Source: an uncultured Pseudobdellovibrionaceae bacterium (GTDB lineage: Bacteria; Bdellovibrionota; Bdellovibrionia; Bdellovibrionales; JAGQZY01). From it: DNA of 64,000 nt. Position numbers and translations under genes: made by a program. Shown one piece after another: positions 29,766-40,254 of the stretch. The stretch covers positions 5,496-69,495 of the forward strand of contig CAZOGU010000004.1 in the NCBI GenBank assembly GCA_964579625.1, read 5' to 3'. The notes below the pieces were generated by a model. That model did not search any database. It was given only the letters and a program-made list of their open reading frames with translations, and had not been told where the DNA came from. Position 1 is the first letter of the stretch. Each line of letters opens with the position of its first letter.

Positions 29766-30016
29766 GATTTCCTAATGTTTTTGATTTAACGACCCTTCAA
29801 ATACGAAAACGAGATTTTTTCTACACTAAAACCAATTTGAAAACACCATTTAATAACAACGCATTTCCAATAGCTCCAGAACTTGTCATTTTGAGGAATT
29901 TAAGAGGGATGGCCCTGTCTTCGGCTTTAGAAACAGTTTGACTTTTTGAGTGTTTAAATCGATTCAATACTTGTTAAAACAAGAATAATGCCGCTGCGAG
30001 TCAAGAGGGCGTCTCT

Positions 30017-31372
30017 ATGAAAGTCATTTCTCTTTCCCTGTCCATCATCCAGGCTGATAACCGAGTTATTCGTCAGTGCGGCGCTTTCGCTGATGCGGGC
30101 TACAAGGTGATCGCTTTTGGACTTCCAGGTAAAGATGTTCGTCAAACTCATTTTCAGTTTGATATTAAATCTGTTTCTGAATCCGCCGACATTTCGACGG
30201 CCTCAAACCTATCCACGTCGAGCCATGCGCCTTTAAACATCTATTCTCTAGCTTCGATCAAGCGAACGACGAGAGCTTATCTCGAATCAAGAGGTTATCG
30301 TAAAACCTTTCAAGTCGTGAAATGGCTTTTTTTAGTGGTTCGACTCCTTTTTCTTTTTTCTTTTAGAATCCGAAGCTTAATACGCTACATGATGTGTAGT
30401 TTGAAATTCAGTGGTTCATGGAGAGCCATCTACTGGCGTGCTCCAATTTATAATGCATTTATTCGCGAACTTGAAAAAGAGAATTTGAATGATGTTGCCC
30501 TCATCATCGCCAACGACTGGCAAATGCTACCGATCGCAAAATTAATTGCAGACAAACATCGGTTAAAGTTTGCATATGATTCTCATGAACATGCTCTCTC
30601 CGAAAACAATCATTCTTTTATTCACAAATATTTATTTAACGGTTACATTTCCCTCCTCGAAAAAGAATGCCTCGATGGAGTTTCTTTTGTTACCTCTGTG
30701 AGCGAAGGAATTGTCAACGCAATAAAACAGCAGTACCAGCTGTCGTGTCCGCACTTTGTGGTTCGAAGCACTCCTTATTACAAAAAAATTCCTTTTCGTC
30801 CCACGACGAAGGATAAAATCATTATCTATTTCCATGGCTACTTAAAAGAAAATAGAAATCTTGATGTCATTTTGGAGAGTCTCGTTCATTTAAAGGATCA
30901 TTATCACGTTCTCTTTCGAGGTGGACACTATTCTTCATCTGAATATGAAAAAAGCCTCAAAAGTTTAGCCAAAGATCTGGGAGTCGAAAATCGTTTCGCA
31001 ATCGAACCGATAGCGTCCCATGATCAGATGATTGAACTCACGAGCAAAGCTGACATCGGTCTCTCTTTACCCCCGTTAAATTCTTTACATTCGGACATGG
31101 CTCTCCCTAACAAATTTTTTGAGTACATGATGGCTGGGCTCGCAATTGGAGTTTCAAATGTAAAAGAAATGGGTGATTATGTGCGAAACTTTAATCTTGG
31201 TTTCGTCCTCCAAGAAATTTCCCCTCAAGCATTGGCAAAAGCGATTGAATCTCTTTCAGTAGATGAAATTAACCAATGCCGAATGAACGCGCTAAAACTT
31301 GCGGAAGAACTACACTGGGAGAAAGAACAAGCCTCATACATTGAAAAGTTTAGCAAAGCCGTGGAGATTTAG
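30017..31372 (+). CDS. GT4/group 1 glycosyltransferase
   Basis: C-terminal PNKFFEYMMAGLAIGVSN (EX7E-type) motif. Confidence 0.7.
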   Translation: MKVISLSLSIIQADNRVIRQCGAFADAGYKVIAFGLPGKDVRQTHFQFDIKSVSESADISTASNLSTSSHAPLNIYSLASIKRTTRAYLESRGYRKTFQVVKWLFLVVRLLFLFSFRIRSLIRYMMCSLKFSGSWRAIYWRAPIYNAFIRELEKENLNDVALIIANDWQMLPIAKLIADKHRLKFAYDSHEHALSENNHSFIHKYLFNGYISLLEKECLDGVSFVTSVSEGIVNAIKQQYQLSCPHFVVRSTPYYKKIPFRPTTKDKIIIYFHGYLKENRNLDVILESLVHLKDHYHVLFRGGHYSSSEYEKSLKSLAKDLGVENRFAIEPIASHDQMIELTSKADIGLSLPPLNSLHSDMALPNKFFEYMMAGLAIGVSNVKEMGDYVRNFNLGFVLQEISPQALAKAIESLSVDEINQCRMNALKLAEELHWEKEQASYIEKFSKAVEI

Positions 31373-33211
31373 ATGTGTGGAGTTGGAGCTTTTTTTTCGA
31401 ATCATGCAATTAAAAATTTACCTCAGTTGCTAGAAGCTGTTAATAGTGCCCAAGTTCACCGCGGTCCAGACGGGAATGGTATCTGGATGAATCCAGATGA
31501 AAAATGTGGCCTTGCACACACTCGCCTATCAATTATCGATCTCACAAATGCATCGGCCCAGCCTCTTTCGACTCAAGATGGACGATATGTTATTTCTTTC
31601 AACGGAGAGATTTATAATTACAAAGAATTGCGCGAAGAATGTATCGCCAAAGGCTCCCAGTTCAAATCCACGGGTGACGTTGAAGTGATCCTTGAAATGT
31701 ATCGTCACTTTGGCACGGACATCAGTCGTCGTTTACGGGGGATGTGGTCTTTTTTCATCATCGATACTCAACTTCGCAATGTGTTTATTTCTCGTGATCC
31801 ATTTGGCATAAAACCATTATTCTATGGTGAAAAAAATGGAGTCCTTATTTTTGCGTCGGAAATTAAGTCGTTCCATAAAATTGATGCTTCTTTTATCGAA
31901 ATCGACCAAAAGTCTTTAGAGCTTTTCAAAAATCATAAAATTTATGATCGCGGGAATTGGACTTTTTTTGAAAGAATTAAAAAGTTTCCAGCTGGGCATC
32001 AGTCATTTTTTGAGCTCGGAAAAGTACCTCATTGGAAACAACTCAATTTTGAGTTTTATCTTAACGATCTAAGCATCAACCAAACCAAACAGTCCGAGAA
32101 CAAAGTCGTTCAAAAACTCAGAACACTCTTTGAAGATTCGATGAGATTACATATGAGAAGTGATGTTCCTGTCGGATTCTGCTTGAGCGGTGGAATCGAT
32201 TCTTCATCGATCGTATCGGTCGCCAGAAAAATAGCTCCGAACTCTCAACTTAAAACGTTTACCACTCAGTTCAAAGATTACTCACGAATCGATGAGACAA
32301 ACTGGGCGCAAATGATCATTGATGACGTTAAAGCAGATGCGACGTTCGTCTCACCAAACCCCGCTGAATTTACCGAGGATCTTCCCCGGTTGATTGATGT
32401 ACAGGACGAACCGTTTGGTTCTGCGAGTATTTACAGTCAATTTTGCATATTTAGAGCCATTGGAAGATCCGGAGTTAAAGTTGTGCTCGACGGCCAGGGG
32501 GCTGATGAGATATTTGCAGGATATCACTCATTTTTTCCGTACTATGTGTACTCGTTGATAGAACAGGGACAGTTTCTTCGCGCTTTTAAAGTCGCTCATC
32601 AATTAAAGAAGAATTACAACTATGACTTTACCGTCTACAATCGGTTTCTTTCCAAAGTTCGGCAAATGCTTCGCAACTTTAAGTTTAATTTTTTTAATAA
32701 TAATTTAAAATCGGAGACCGAACATCCTATCCAGAGCTTGTTTTATTCCAAAATCGGAGACAGTGACACGTTAGGAAGCCGGCTTCATTTTGTCAGAAAA
32801 GTTCCGACAAATTTTGACCAATTTTTGATATTTATGGTCTTTGAAGGTAACATTCCCATGTTGCTAAGATTCGAAGATCGAAACTCGATGGCTTTTTCAG
32901 TAGAATCTCGTGTTCCTTTTTTAATAAAGGAGCTTGTAGAGTTTAGTCTCCAAATTCCGTCTGAATTTAAAATGAAAATGGGAATACCCAAATATGTGTT
33001 AAGAAAAGCGATGCAAGGAATTGTTCCACAGAAAGTTTTGGACAGGTTGGATAAACTGGGCTTCCCAGCTCCCGATAAAGAGTGGATGAAACAACTTTAT
33101 AACGTTGAAGTTGACCAGCCATTCAGCACTCAATGGATTGATCTCATTCTTAGTGAATGGCATAAAATGTTAGCGCGCCGAAAAGACCAGTCGCTTCGGC
33201 TCATGAATTAA
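31373..33211 (+). CDS. Asparagine synthase (glutamine-hydrolysing)-like amidotransferase
   Basis: N-terminal MCG nucleophile. SGGIDSS PP-loop. Abuts the upstream stop. Confidence 0.88.
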   Translation: MCGVGAFFSNHAIKNLPQLLEAVNSAQVHRGPDGNGIWMNPDEKCGLAHTRLSIIDLTNASAQPLSTQDGRYVISFNGEIYNYKELREECIAKGSQFKSTGDVEVILEMYRHFGTDISRRLRGMWSFFIIDTQLRNVFISRDPFGIKPLFYGEKNGVLIFASEIKSFHKIDASFIEIDQKSLELFKNHKIYDRGNWTFFERIKKFPAGHQSFFELGKVPHWKQLNFEFYLNDLSINQTKQSENKVVQKLRTLFEDSMRLHMRSDVPVGFCLSGGIDSSSIVSVARKIAPNSQLKTFTTQFKDYSRIDETNWAQMIIDDVKADATFVSPNPAEFTEDLPRLIDVQDEPFGSASIYSQFCIFRAIGRSGVKVVLDGQGADEIFAGYHSFFPYYVYSLIEQGQFLRAFKVAHQLKKNYNYDFTVYNRFLSKVRQMLRNFKFNFFNNNLKSETEHPIQSLFYSKIGDSDTLGSRLHFVRKVPTNFDQFLIFMVFEGNIPMLLRFEDRNSMAFSVESRVPFLIKELVEFSLQIPSEFKMKMGIPKYVLRKAMQGIVPQKVLDRLDKLGFPAPDKEWMKQLYNVEVDQPFSTQWIDLILSEWHKMLARRKDQSLRLMN

Positions 33212-33224
33212 GGAGTTTACTGTT

Positions 33225-33872
33225 ATGGCCTCTATTCTTTCCCATGTACAAAGAGTCGTTGTTCTCGCTCCGCACACAGATGATGGGGAGTTCGGTTGTG
33301 GCGGCACTATCGCAAAGCTTACGGCCGAAAACAAAGAGGTTTATTATGTTGCTTTTTCTGCCTGCAAACAATCCGTGTTACCTCAGTTTGCAGAAGATAT
33401 TTTGATTACAGAGGTTCAAGCTGCTACGAAAATTTTAGGAGTAAAACCCCAAAATCTCATTCTCCACGATTTCCCAGTTCGAACCTTTAATTTTAGTAGG
33501 CAGGATATCCTACAAATTATGATAAACTTAAAAAAAGATATAAACCCGGATTTGGTTTTCATGCCTTCGATCAATGATTTACACCAAGATCATAGCACGA
33601 TAGCAATGGAGGGCTTAAGAGCGTTTAAATTCTCAAGTATATTCTGCTATGAAGTACCATGGAATAATATTAGCTTTAACACTTCATGCTTTGTCCACCT
33701 TGATAAAAGCCAACTCGACCTAAAAGTGAATGCTTTAAACGCTTACGCCTCTCAAGCCCACAGAAATTATGCGAGTGAAGATTTTATTCGTTCGCTGGCT
33801 CGCACTCGCGGAGTTCAAGCTGGGGGCACCTTTGCAGAAACATTTGACGTAGTACGCTTAGTCGTTAACTAG
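33225..33872 (+). CDS. PIG-L/LmbE-family de-N-acetylase
   Basis: VLAPHTDDGEFGCGG and HQDH motifs. Confidence 0.8.
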   Translation: MASILSHVQRVVVLAPHTDDGEFGCGGTIAKLTAENKEVYYVAFSACKQSVLPQFAEDILITEVQAATKILGVKPQNLILHDFPVRTFNFSRQDILQIMINLKKDINPDLVFMPSINDLHQDHSTIAMEGLRAFKFSSIFCYEVPWNNISFNTSCFVHLDKSQLDLKVNALNAYASQAHRNYASEDFIRSLARTRGVQAGGTFAETFDVVRLVVN

Positions 33873-33879
33873 GAGTTTT

Positions 33880-34770
33880 ATGGATTTAGAAAACATATTA
33901 AGCGGAATTGAGACAATAAAAATTATTGGATCCACAAAAAAAAGCGTTACAAGCTTAGTTTCAATAAAAAATGCTGCCCAATCGGAAAACTATTTATCTT
34001 GGTGTAGTGATAAAAATTTGCATGAGCTCGAATCTTTACAGCAAGGAACTGTCATCGTTAGCTCTCAGGCGCTTCAACAAACAATTCATAAAAATCTTAC
34101 GCTCATTATTGTGGAAAAACCCAGAAGAACTTTTCAAAAAATTCTTGCTAATCATTTTGTAAGACCAAAATCTTATGGAATAGCTAGTACATCTCAAATA
34201 GATAGATCCACGACCATCGGAAAAAATTCTTTTATTGGGCACAATGTGGTTATCCTTGCAAACTGCTCTATTGGTGATCATTGCACCATTCTACATAACA
34301 CAGTTATTCTTGAAGGTACGCAGATAGGTGAAAATGTGGCTATAGGTTCAAATTGCACTATTGGTGGGACTGGCTTTGGTTATGAAAAAAATGAAGACGG
34401 ACTATTTGAGCTTATTCCGCATGTCTCATATGTTAAAATTATGGATGATGTAGAAATTGGAAATAATACCTGCATCGACAGAGGTGTTATTGAACCAACT
34501 TATATCGGACGAAATGTGAAAATAGATAATCTCGTTCACATTGCACATGGTGTGCACATTGAGGACAACAGTATGATCATTGCGAACTCAATGATTGCTG
34601 GCTCTGTGCACATTGGAAAAAACTCATGGATTGCCCCAAGTAGCTGCATCAAAAATGGACTTTTGATAGGACAGAATTCACTCATTGGAATGGGAGCAGT
34701 TGTAGTTAAGAATACCGAGGAGAATGCAGTAGTTGCTGGGAACCCCGCTAAGCCATTGATAAAACCATAA
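33880..34770 (+). CDS. LpxD-like hexapeptide N-acyltransferase (paralog located in the O-polysaccharide block)
   Basis: LpxD-like N-terminal domain, GGTGFGY, CIDRG and VHIAHGV motifs. No long C-terminal helix. Confidence 0.7.
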   Translation: MDLENILSGIETIKIIGSTKKSVTSLVSIKNAAQSENYLSWCSDKNLHELESLQQGTVIVSSQALQQTIHKNLTLIIVEKPRRTFQKILANHFVRPKSYGIASTSQIDRSTTIGKNSFIGHNVVILANCSIGDHCTILHNTVILEGTQIGENVAIGSNCTIGGTGFGYEKNEDGLFELIPHVSYVKIMDDVEIGNNTCIDRGVIEPTYIGRNVKIDNLVHIAHGVHIEDNSMIIANSMIAGSVHIGKNSWIAPSSCIKNGLLIGQNSLIGMGAVVVKNTEENAVVAGNPAKPLIKP

Positions 34771-34779
34771 AGAGTCACA

Positions 34780-35892
34780 TTAATACCAAATTATACTATC
34801 TATTGTCACGAGAGAGGGATCTCCCTCCTCCATTGATATCTCGATAGATGTAGATGGCGGCTGAACTGGCACTTGAATGACGGCAACCAATTGATTCCAG
34901 CTAACTGTGACTGAGGTACCATTTACGATAAGCCTTGATGGCAACTCACCAAAAAAATAATTAAAATGTATTTCTACAGTTAAAGTCTGGGCTTGATTTG
35001 ATGAGAAAACAAATCGATGTGTTGGCGAAATAATACCTTTTGCATTATCTTGAAATCGACCTAAAAACCATAGCCCAGCATTATAAAACTGAACACCACC
35101 TAGTTCAAAAAAGACACCGACGAGATCTGCATAACTTCCATTCAACTTACCAAGCTGATCTTGACTATCTTGATCTAAGTTTACTGGGACTATAAACGTT
35201 GCCTCTGGATGATCGAGATTTGTATAGATTGACGTAATATATGTTTCAGAGACATAAAAGACGATTCTCGTGGGATCGTAAGGATGCGTTAATTCATTAT
35301 TTGTATTTACGGCAAACATGCTTCCTGTTCTGTAAATCTTTGCAATCTCAGACATATCAACCCATTTTTTTTGCCATGGAGTTAAAGTGGATTGCATTAG
35401 AAGTACATGAGGAGCTTTAGCCCGTGCTTCAGCAATTGATAGTGGTTGATCTGGAGTTAGAGGATCAGCAAAGTATGCACCTATTGATGGATCTACAAAA
35501 ATCCAATGACCATTCACATACACTTCAGTTGCAGTATGTCCAACTTGAACAGGAACATCAAAAAAACTAGTCCTACGCGTCTGGTAACCTAATCTTTGTA
35601 ATACATCTTGAAGGATTAGATCTCGAATACCACACGCTCCGACAAGCAGTTCTAATGCATGCTCAGGGCTAGTTGGAGGGGTCGTATCTACAGGCGCCAA
35701 AGAAGAGTGAACCCAAGCTGTAACTATTAGTACGGCGGCTAATTCCTCACCCTCTGCGTTTTCTGATAGTTGTTTCGATAACAAAGATAAGTTAGGATTA
35801 GTACTCGAGTCTGATGAGGAACAACTGATTACAAAAAAAAGATACACTGTCAAAAAAAACAATTTTGAATAATAGTTTAATACCACTTTCAA
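34780..35892 (-). CDS. Transglutaminase-like (Cys-His-Asp core) lipoprotein
   Basis: Lipobox FVISC. GACGIRD...GHTATEVYVNGHWIFVDPS fits the transglutaminase-core pattern. TTG start. Confidence 0.6.
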   Translation of the reverse strand: MKVVLNYYSKLFFLTVYLFFVISCSSSDSSTNPNLSLLSKQLSENAEGEELAAVLIVTAWVHSSLAPVDTTPPTSPEHALELLVGACGIRDLILQDVLQRLGYQTRRTSFFDVPVQVGHTATEVYVNGHWIFVDPSIGAYFADPLTPDQPLSIAEARAKAPHVLLMQSTLTPWQKKWVDMSEIAKIYRTGSMFAVNTNNELTHPYDPTRIVFYVSETYITSIYTNLDHPEATFIVPVNLDQDSQDQLGKLNGSYADLVGVFFELGGVQFYNAGLWFLGRFQDNAKGIISPTHRFVFSSNQAQTLTVEIHFNYFFGELPSRLIVNGTSVTVSWNQLVAVIQVPVQPPSTSIEISMEEGDPSLVTIDSIIWY

Positions 35893-35997
35893 ATATCGGC
35901 ATTTATCAAAAAAATCTTTGTTAAATAAATATTTAAAACAGCTTAGACTTTAGTCTATCTTTTGATATATTCGAAGAACCAAATATGAAAGGTCAAA

Positions 35998-37380
35998 ATG
36001 ACTAATCACAATCGAATTTTTTTTAAACTTTTAATACTTTGCTTAAGCATTTTGTCATGCGACATCAAACACAACTATTCTTCAGAAAATGGTATCCCGA
36101 CGGATACAATCTTATTAAAGGTAGTTAGAGATGTATCTACTAAGTATGAGCCTGGATCTGTGCCAACATCCTGGTCTGAAGAGAAATACAAAAATGACGG
36201 TTTTGCAACATGCGCACAATATGCTCAGATCTTACAGAATAATCTCTTAAAGATTGGAGTCCCCTCACGACTTTGGTCAATAACAACATTTGCTCTCCAA
36301 TTTCATGGCCTGGTAGAGGTGTTTATTAAAAATAAGTGGGTCTTAGTAGATCCCACAATTGGAATTGTATATAAAAACTCTTTTTTTGAAATACTAAAGA
36401 ATCCTTCTCTTGCCAATCGATACATAGGCTCCCCCTTTCTAGGCAGAGGTGACACTTATGGCAGTTCATTTTTTGAAAAAACTGCAGTCATAAACTCAGA
36501 TCTGAATCTAAGTTTTCTCTCTGACAACATTGGCTTAATAGATTCAAATGATATTATTGATGAATCTAAAATTAGGCTTGAGATAAACGGTGTTCGTGTT
36601 CCATTCAATGAATCTTTTATTATTAAAAATCCACTTACTGTTAGTATTAAATGGCCACACGATATCAGCCCTCCTTCTTTTTTATCATTAAACTTTACAA
36701 ATTCAATTCGTATCGAGAATAAGAAATCAGAATACATAAATCTAAATAATAGTAGTGCGGTTATCTACGCGCCACATTTTATAAATTCAAAAAATGAAAT
36801 TCTTTTGCTTGTCACAAAAAATAGTCTAGAAGCAACAAAGCTACAAATTCGTCCATGGATCAAACGCACTGATGCGGATATAATCGTAAAATCGAGGGTT
36901 CCTAATGAGGCTTTATTTTTATTTGAAGGCAGAAAGGAAAATATAGATAGCATGAAAGTAATCTGTGGAAACACCATTGCTTGGGCTCTTGATATTGGTG
37001 ATGTTAATTCAGAAAATTTATACTGGAGCTACTTATTTTCAAGACCAAACACCAAAGAAAGAAATCCAGATAACTGGAGTGAGCTATTTAATGAGAATAA
37101 CATTTCCTACCGCACGACTGAATGGTTAGGGAGTAAGGGCGACACTCTTGTAAGATTTTTACCACTCGCAGATATCTCTTCATCCGAAAATTGTTCTCTC
37201 GAAATTCGTCATAAAACTTACTCAAATGAAATAAATTTTAAAAATTTTAGTCTTTATTTAAAAAGTTATGGAGAACAACAACCAACTCACATTGCAGATG
37301 TTTTGCCTGCCTATAGCTGGGTTACAACAAGTATATTACTTTCTAATAAAATTAAAGCCTCTATTTGGAAGAAAAAATAG
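35998..37380 (+). CDS. Transglutaminase-like (Cys-His-Asp core) lipoprotein, second divergent member
   Basis: Lipobox SILSC. ATCAQYAQ...FHGLVEVFIKNKWVLVDPT. Confidence 0.55.
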   Translation: MTNHNRIFFKLLILCLSILSCDIKHNYSSENGIPTDTILLKVVRDVSTKYEPGSVPTSWSEEKYKNDGFATCAQYAQILQNNLLKIGVPSRLWSITTFALQFHGLVEVFIKNKWVLVDPTIGIVYKNSFFEILKNPSLANRYIGSPFLGRGDTYGSSFFEKTAVINSDLNLSFLSDNIGLIDSNDIIDESKIRLEINGVRVPFNESFIIKNPLTVSIKWPHDISPPSFLSLNFTNSIRIENKKSEYINLNNSSAVIYAPHFINSKNEILLLVTKNSLEATKLQIRPWIKRTDADIIVKSRVPNEALFLFEGRKENIDSMKVICGNTIAWALDIGDVNSENLYWSYLFSRPNTKERNPDNWSELFNENNISYRTTEWLGSKGDTLVRFLPLADISSSENCSLEIRHKTYSNEINFKNFSLYLKSYGEQQPTHIADVLPAYSWVTTSILLSNKIKASIWKKK

Positions 37381-37399
37381 TATTTAATTTTTTCTTTTG

Positions 37400-37981
37400 C
37401 TAAGTAGATATTTCTAAATTTCCCTCAGTGAGGAAATATACATCTTCAGTATGCTCACACTTAACTTTAGCCGTGCCATTTAGCGGAAGATTCAATCTTT
37501 CGCCATAGCGGCTCATCCAGCCAATCTGTTTGGCAGGAACTCCCGCCATCAAAGCAAAGGATTTAACGTCTTTTGTAATCACAGCACCCGCCGCAATAAA
37601 ACAGTACTCTCCCAGGGTCACTCCACAAATGATCGTGGCATTGGCTCCAATTGTTGCTCCTCGTTTTACTTTAGTATCTAGATATTGATCTTTTCTCTCG
37701 ATGGCAGAGCGAGGATTGATGACATTTGTAAAAACCATGCTCGGTCCGCAAAAAACATCATCTTCGAGGTAGACGTTGTCGTAAATCGAAACATTGTTCT
37801 GAATTTTGCAGTTGTTACCAATCTTCACCTTGTTACCGACAAAAACATTCTGACCCAGCGAACACTTCTCCCCGATTTGAGCACCTGCACATACATGAGC
37901 GAAGTGCCACACGCGGCAGTTGTCACCTATTTGAGCACCGTCGTCGACAATGGCTGATTCGTGTTTATAGTAATTGGCCAT
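37400..37981 (-). CDS. wbpD: UDP-2-acetamido-3-amino-2,3-dideoxy-glucuronate N-acetyltransferase
   Basis: Strong colinear similarity to remembered P. aeruginosa WbpD ([37 protein letters not shown]). Confidence 0.8.
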   Translation of the reverse strand: MANYYKHESAIVDDGAQIGDNCRVWHFAHVCAGAQIGEKCSLGQNVFVGNKVKIGNNCKIQNNVSIYDNVYLEDDVFCGPSMVFTNVINPRSAIERKDQYLDTKVKRGATIGANATIICGVTLGEYCFIAAGAVITKDVKSFALMAGVPAKQIGWMSRYGERLNLPLNGTAKVKCEHTEDVYFLTEGNLEIST

Positions 37982-38925
37982 CAGAGATTCCTCAAAACGG
38001 GATGAGAGGTTGTTTGAATTCCGCGCGGCTCGGCCAAACGGATTTTTTCAACAAGCTCGATCCCCATTCTTGCATCGTCCAAACCAAATCCTTGGCCGGC
38101 TAAGGATTTTTCGTAAATGCGTTTGTGAAGTTCGGTGAATCCTTCGGAGAACTCTATTTCTTGGCCATCAACGGTGATGGAACGATAGGTGGTTTTGCCA
38201 GCTTTCGCAGCTTCTGTTGGTAAAAATCTTCGATCCACGCTCAAGACCCAGCGAACATCGGCTTTTTCGAGCGACATCAATCCCGAGACCACAGACTCAT
38301 TTTTAAAGTGCAAATCAACGCTCTCACTGCGACCAAATATCCAGGTCAGCATATCAAAAAAGTGCACACCGATATTTGTCGCGAGTCCACCCGATTTTTT
38401 GAGGTTCCCTTTCCAGGACTCATGATACCAAGGGCCTCGGCTCGTCAAATAGGTCAATTCGATTTGATATTTTTTATCGCGCTTTTCTGCATCCACTTTG
38501 TTTTTAAGCGCGATCAACGCATCATGGACTCTCAGCTGCAAAACTGTGTTAACTTTTGCACCGTACTTTTGCTCGTACTCTTTGAGCTCGTCAATCTCTC
38601 GGGTTTCGAGAACTAACGGTTTTTCACAAATGACATGGGCCCCATGAGAGAGACCAAACTTCATCTGCGAAGCGTGGAGATAATTTGGGGAACAGATACT
38701 GAGCCAGTTGATTTTTTTTTCGGTGTCAGCAAACGCTTCCCAGCGCGAAGAAAATTGTTCGAAGTTGGTATAGAATTCCACATCCTGGGTGTAGCGATCC
38801 AAAATCCCAACAGAGTCGTTAGGATCGTAGGCTAAAACGGTTTTGTTTCCCGTTGTATTGATCGCTTCGAAGTGGCGAGGTGCTATGTACCCACCCACTC
38901 CCATGAAGGCAAAATTCACTGACAT
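37981..38925 (-). CDS. wbpB: UDP-GlcNAcA 3-dehydrogenase (Gfo/Idh/MocA)
   Basis: [23 protein letters not shown] and [12 protein letters not shown], like WbpB/WlbA. Confidence 0.8.
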   Translation of the reverse strand: MSVNFAFMGVGGYIAPRHFEAINTTGNKTVLAYDPNDSVGILDRYTQDVEFYTNFEQFSSRWEAFADTEKKINWLSICSPNYLHASQMKFGLSHGAHVICEKPLVLETREIDELKEYEQKYGAKVNTVLQLRVHDALIALKNKVDAEKRDKKYQIELTYLTSRGPWYHESWKGNLKKSGGLATNIGVHFFDMLTWIFGRSESVDLHFKNESVVSGLMSLEKADVRWVLSVDRRFLPTEAAKAGKTTYRSITVDGQEIEFSEGFTELHKRIYEKSLAGQGFGLDDARMGIELVEKIRLAEPRGIQTTSHPVLRNL

Positions 38926-40229
38926 TAGGCTCTCACAATCTTATCTGATTTTTCTTTAAACTTACCGCGCGTATCGACGATAAACTGTGCGTGTTTTAGA
39001 ATCATCGCATAATCAAACTTATCGTGATCTGTCGCTAAGACTACACAATCGTAAGAGGCCACTGTTTCTGGTGTCAGTTCGACAGAAACTAAATCAAATT
39101 TATGCTCTCTCATCTTCGGAAAAATAGGAACATAGGGGTCTGAATAAGATAGGATCGCGCCCTCGTCTCTCAGCTTTTCCATCAAGATAACAGATGGTGA
39201 TTCGCGCATATCATCGATATTTTTTTTGTAGGCGATACCAAGTACTAAAAAATTAGAACCATTGATCGCCTTTTTTTGTTCATTAAAAGCTTTTGCAATT
39301 TTTTTGATAACATACGCAGGCATTGAGGAGTTAATTTCCCCTGCAAGTTCAATAAATCGCGTATGTACGCCGTACTCACGAGCTTTCCATGTCAAATAAA
39401 ATGGATCAATTGGAATGCAATGCCCACCAAGACCTGGACCCGGTCGATAAGCAACAAATCCAAATGGCTTCGTCGCAGCAGCGTCAATGACTTCATGAAT
39501 ATCAATTCCCATTTTGTCTGCGACAATTTTCATTTCGTTCACAAGACCAATGTTGACGGAGCGATGAATGTTTTCGAGAAGTTTCGTCATCTCAGCAGCA
39601 CGCGTGGAGCTCACCGGAACAACGCGATCTACGATCACTTCGTAAAGAGCAACGCCTGCATCGAGACAGTTTTCAGTCACACCGCCACAAACTTTAGGCG
39701 TGGTTTTTGTATTAAAATCAATCCGACCTGGATCTTCGCGTTCTGGCGAGTAAACGATAAAAACTTCTTCTCCCACACGCAATTTCGCATTCGTTAAACG
39801 AGGAACAAGCTCTTCATCTGTCGTGCCAGGATACGTGGTGCTCTCCAATGAAATGATTTGTCCAGCACGCACGTGGGGCGCTACCGATTCGGTAGTGTTA
39901 ATGACATAACTCAAATCGGGCTCTCTGTACTTGTTAAGTGGAGTTGGGACACAAAGAATAATTGCATCTACATCTTTGATACGCTTAAAGTCTGTTGTCG
40001 CTTCAAAATGATTCTTTACCGCAAAGGCAATAGACTCGTCTTTGATGTGATCGATGTAGGAATTTCCTGCGTTAAGCTTTTGAACTTTTTCATTATCGAT
40101 ATCAAATCCAATAACTTTGTATTTTTCCTCAACGTATCGAAGCATGAGAGGAAGGCCCACATAGCCTAAACCTACGATTCCAATCGTGGCTTGGCGGTCT
40201 TTGATTTTTTTAATCAGTTGAGATTTCAT
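38925..40229 (-). CDS. wbpA: UDP-N-acetyl-D-glucosamine 6-dehydrogenase
   Basis: [13 protein letters not shown] and the GGHCIPIDP catalytic Cys motif. Assigned from its context with wbpB/D/E. Confidence 0.75.
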   Translation of the reverse strand: MKSQLIKKIKDRQATIGIVGLGYVGLPLMLRYVEEKYKVIGFDIDNEKVQKLNAGNSYIDHIKDESIAFAVKNHFEATTDFKRIKDVDAIILCVPTPLNKYREPDLSYVINTTESVAPHVRAGQIISLESTTYPGTTDEELVPRLTNAKLRVGEEVFIVYSPEREDPGRIDFNTKTTPKVCGGVTENCLDAGVALYEVIVDRVVPVSSTRAAEMTKLLENIHRSVNIGLVNEMKIVADKMGIDIHEVIDAAATKPFGFVAYRPGPGLGGHCIPIDPFYLTWKAREYGVHTRFIELAGEINSSMPAYVIKKIAKAFNEQKKAINGSNFLVLGIAYKKNIDDMRESPSVILMEKLRDEGAILSYSDPYVPIFPKMREHKFDLVSVELTPETVASYDCVVLATDHDKFDYAMILKHAQFIVDTRGKFKEKSDKIVRA

Positions 40230-40254
40230 TTATAACTCCACTTGTTAACAGTCT

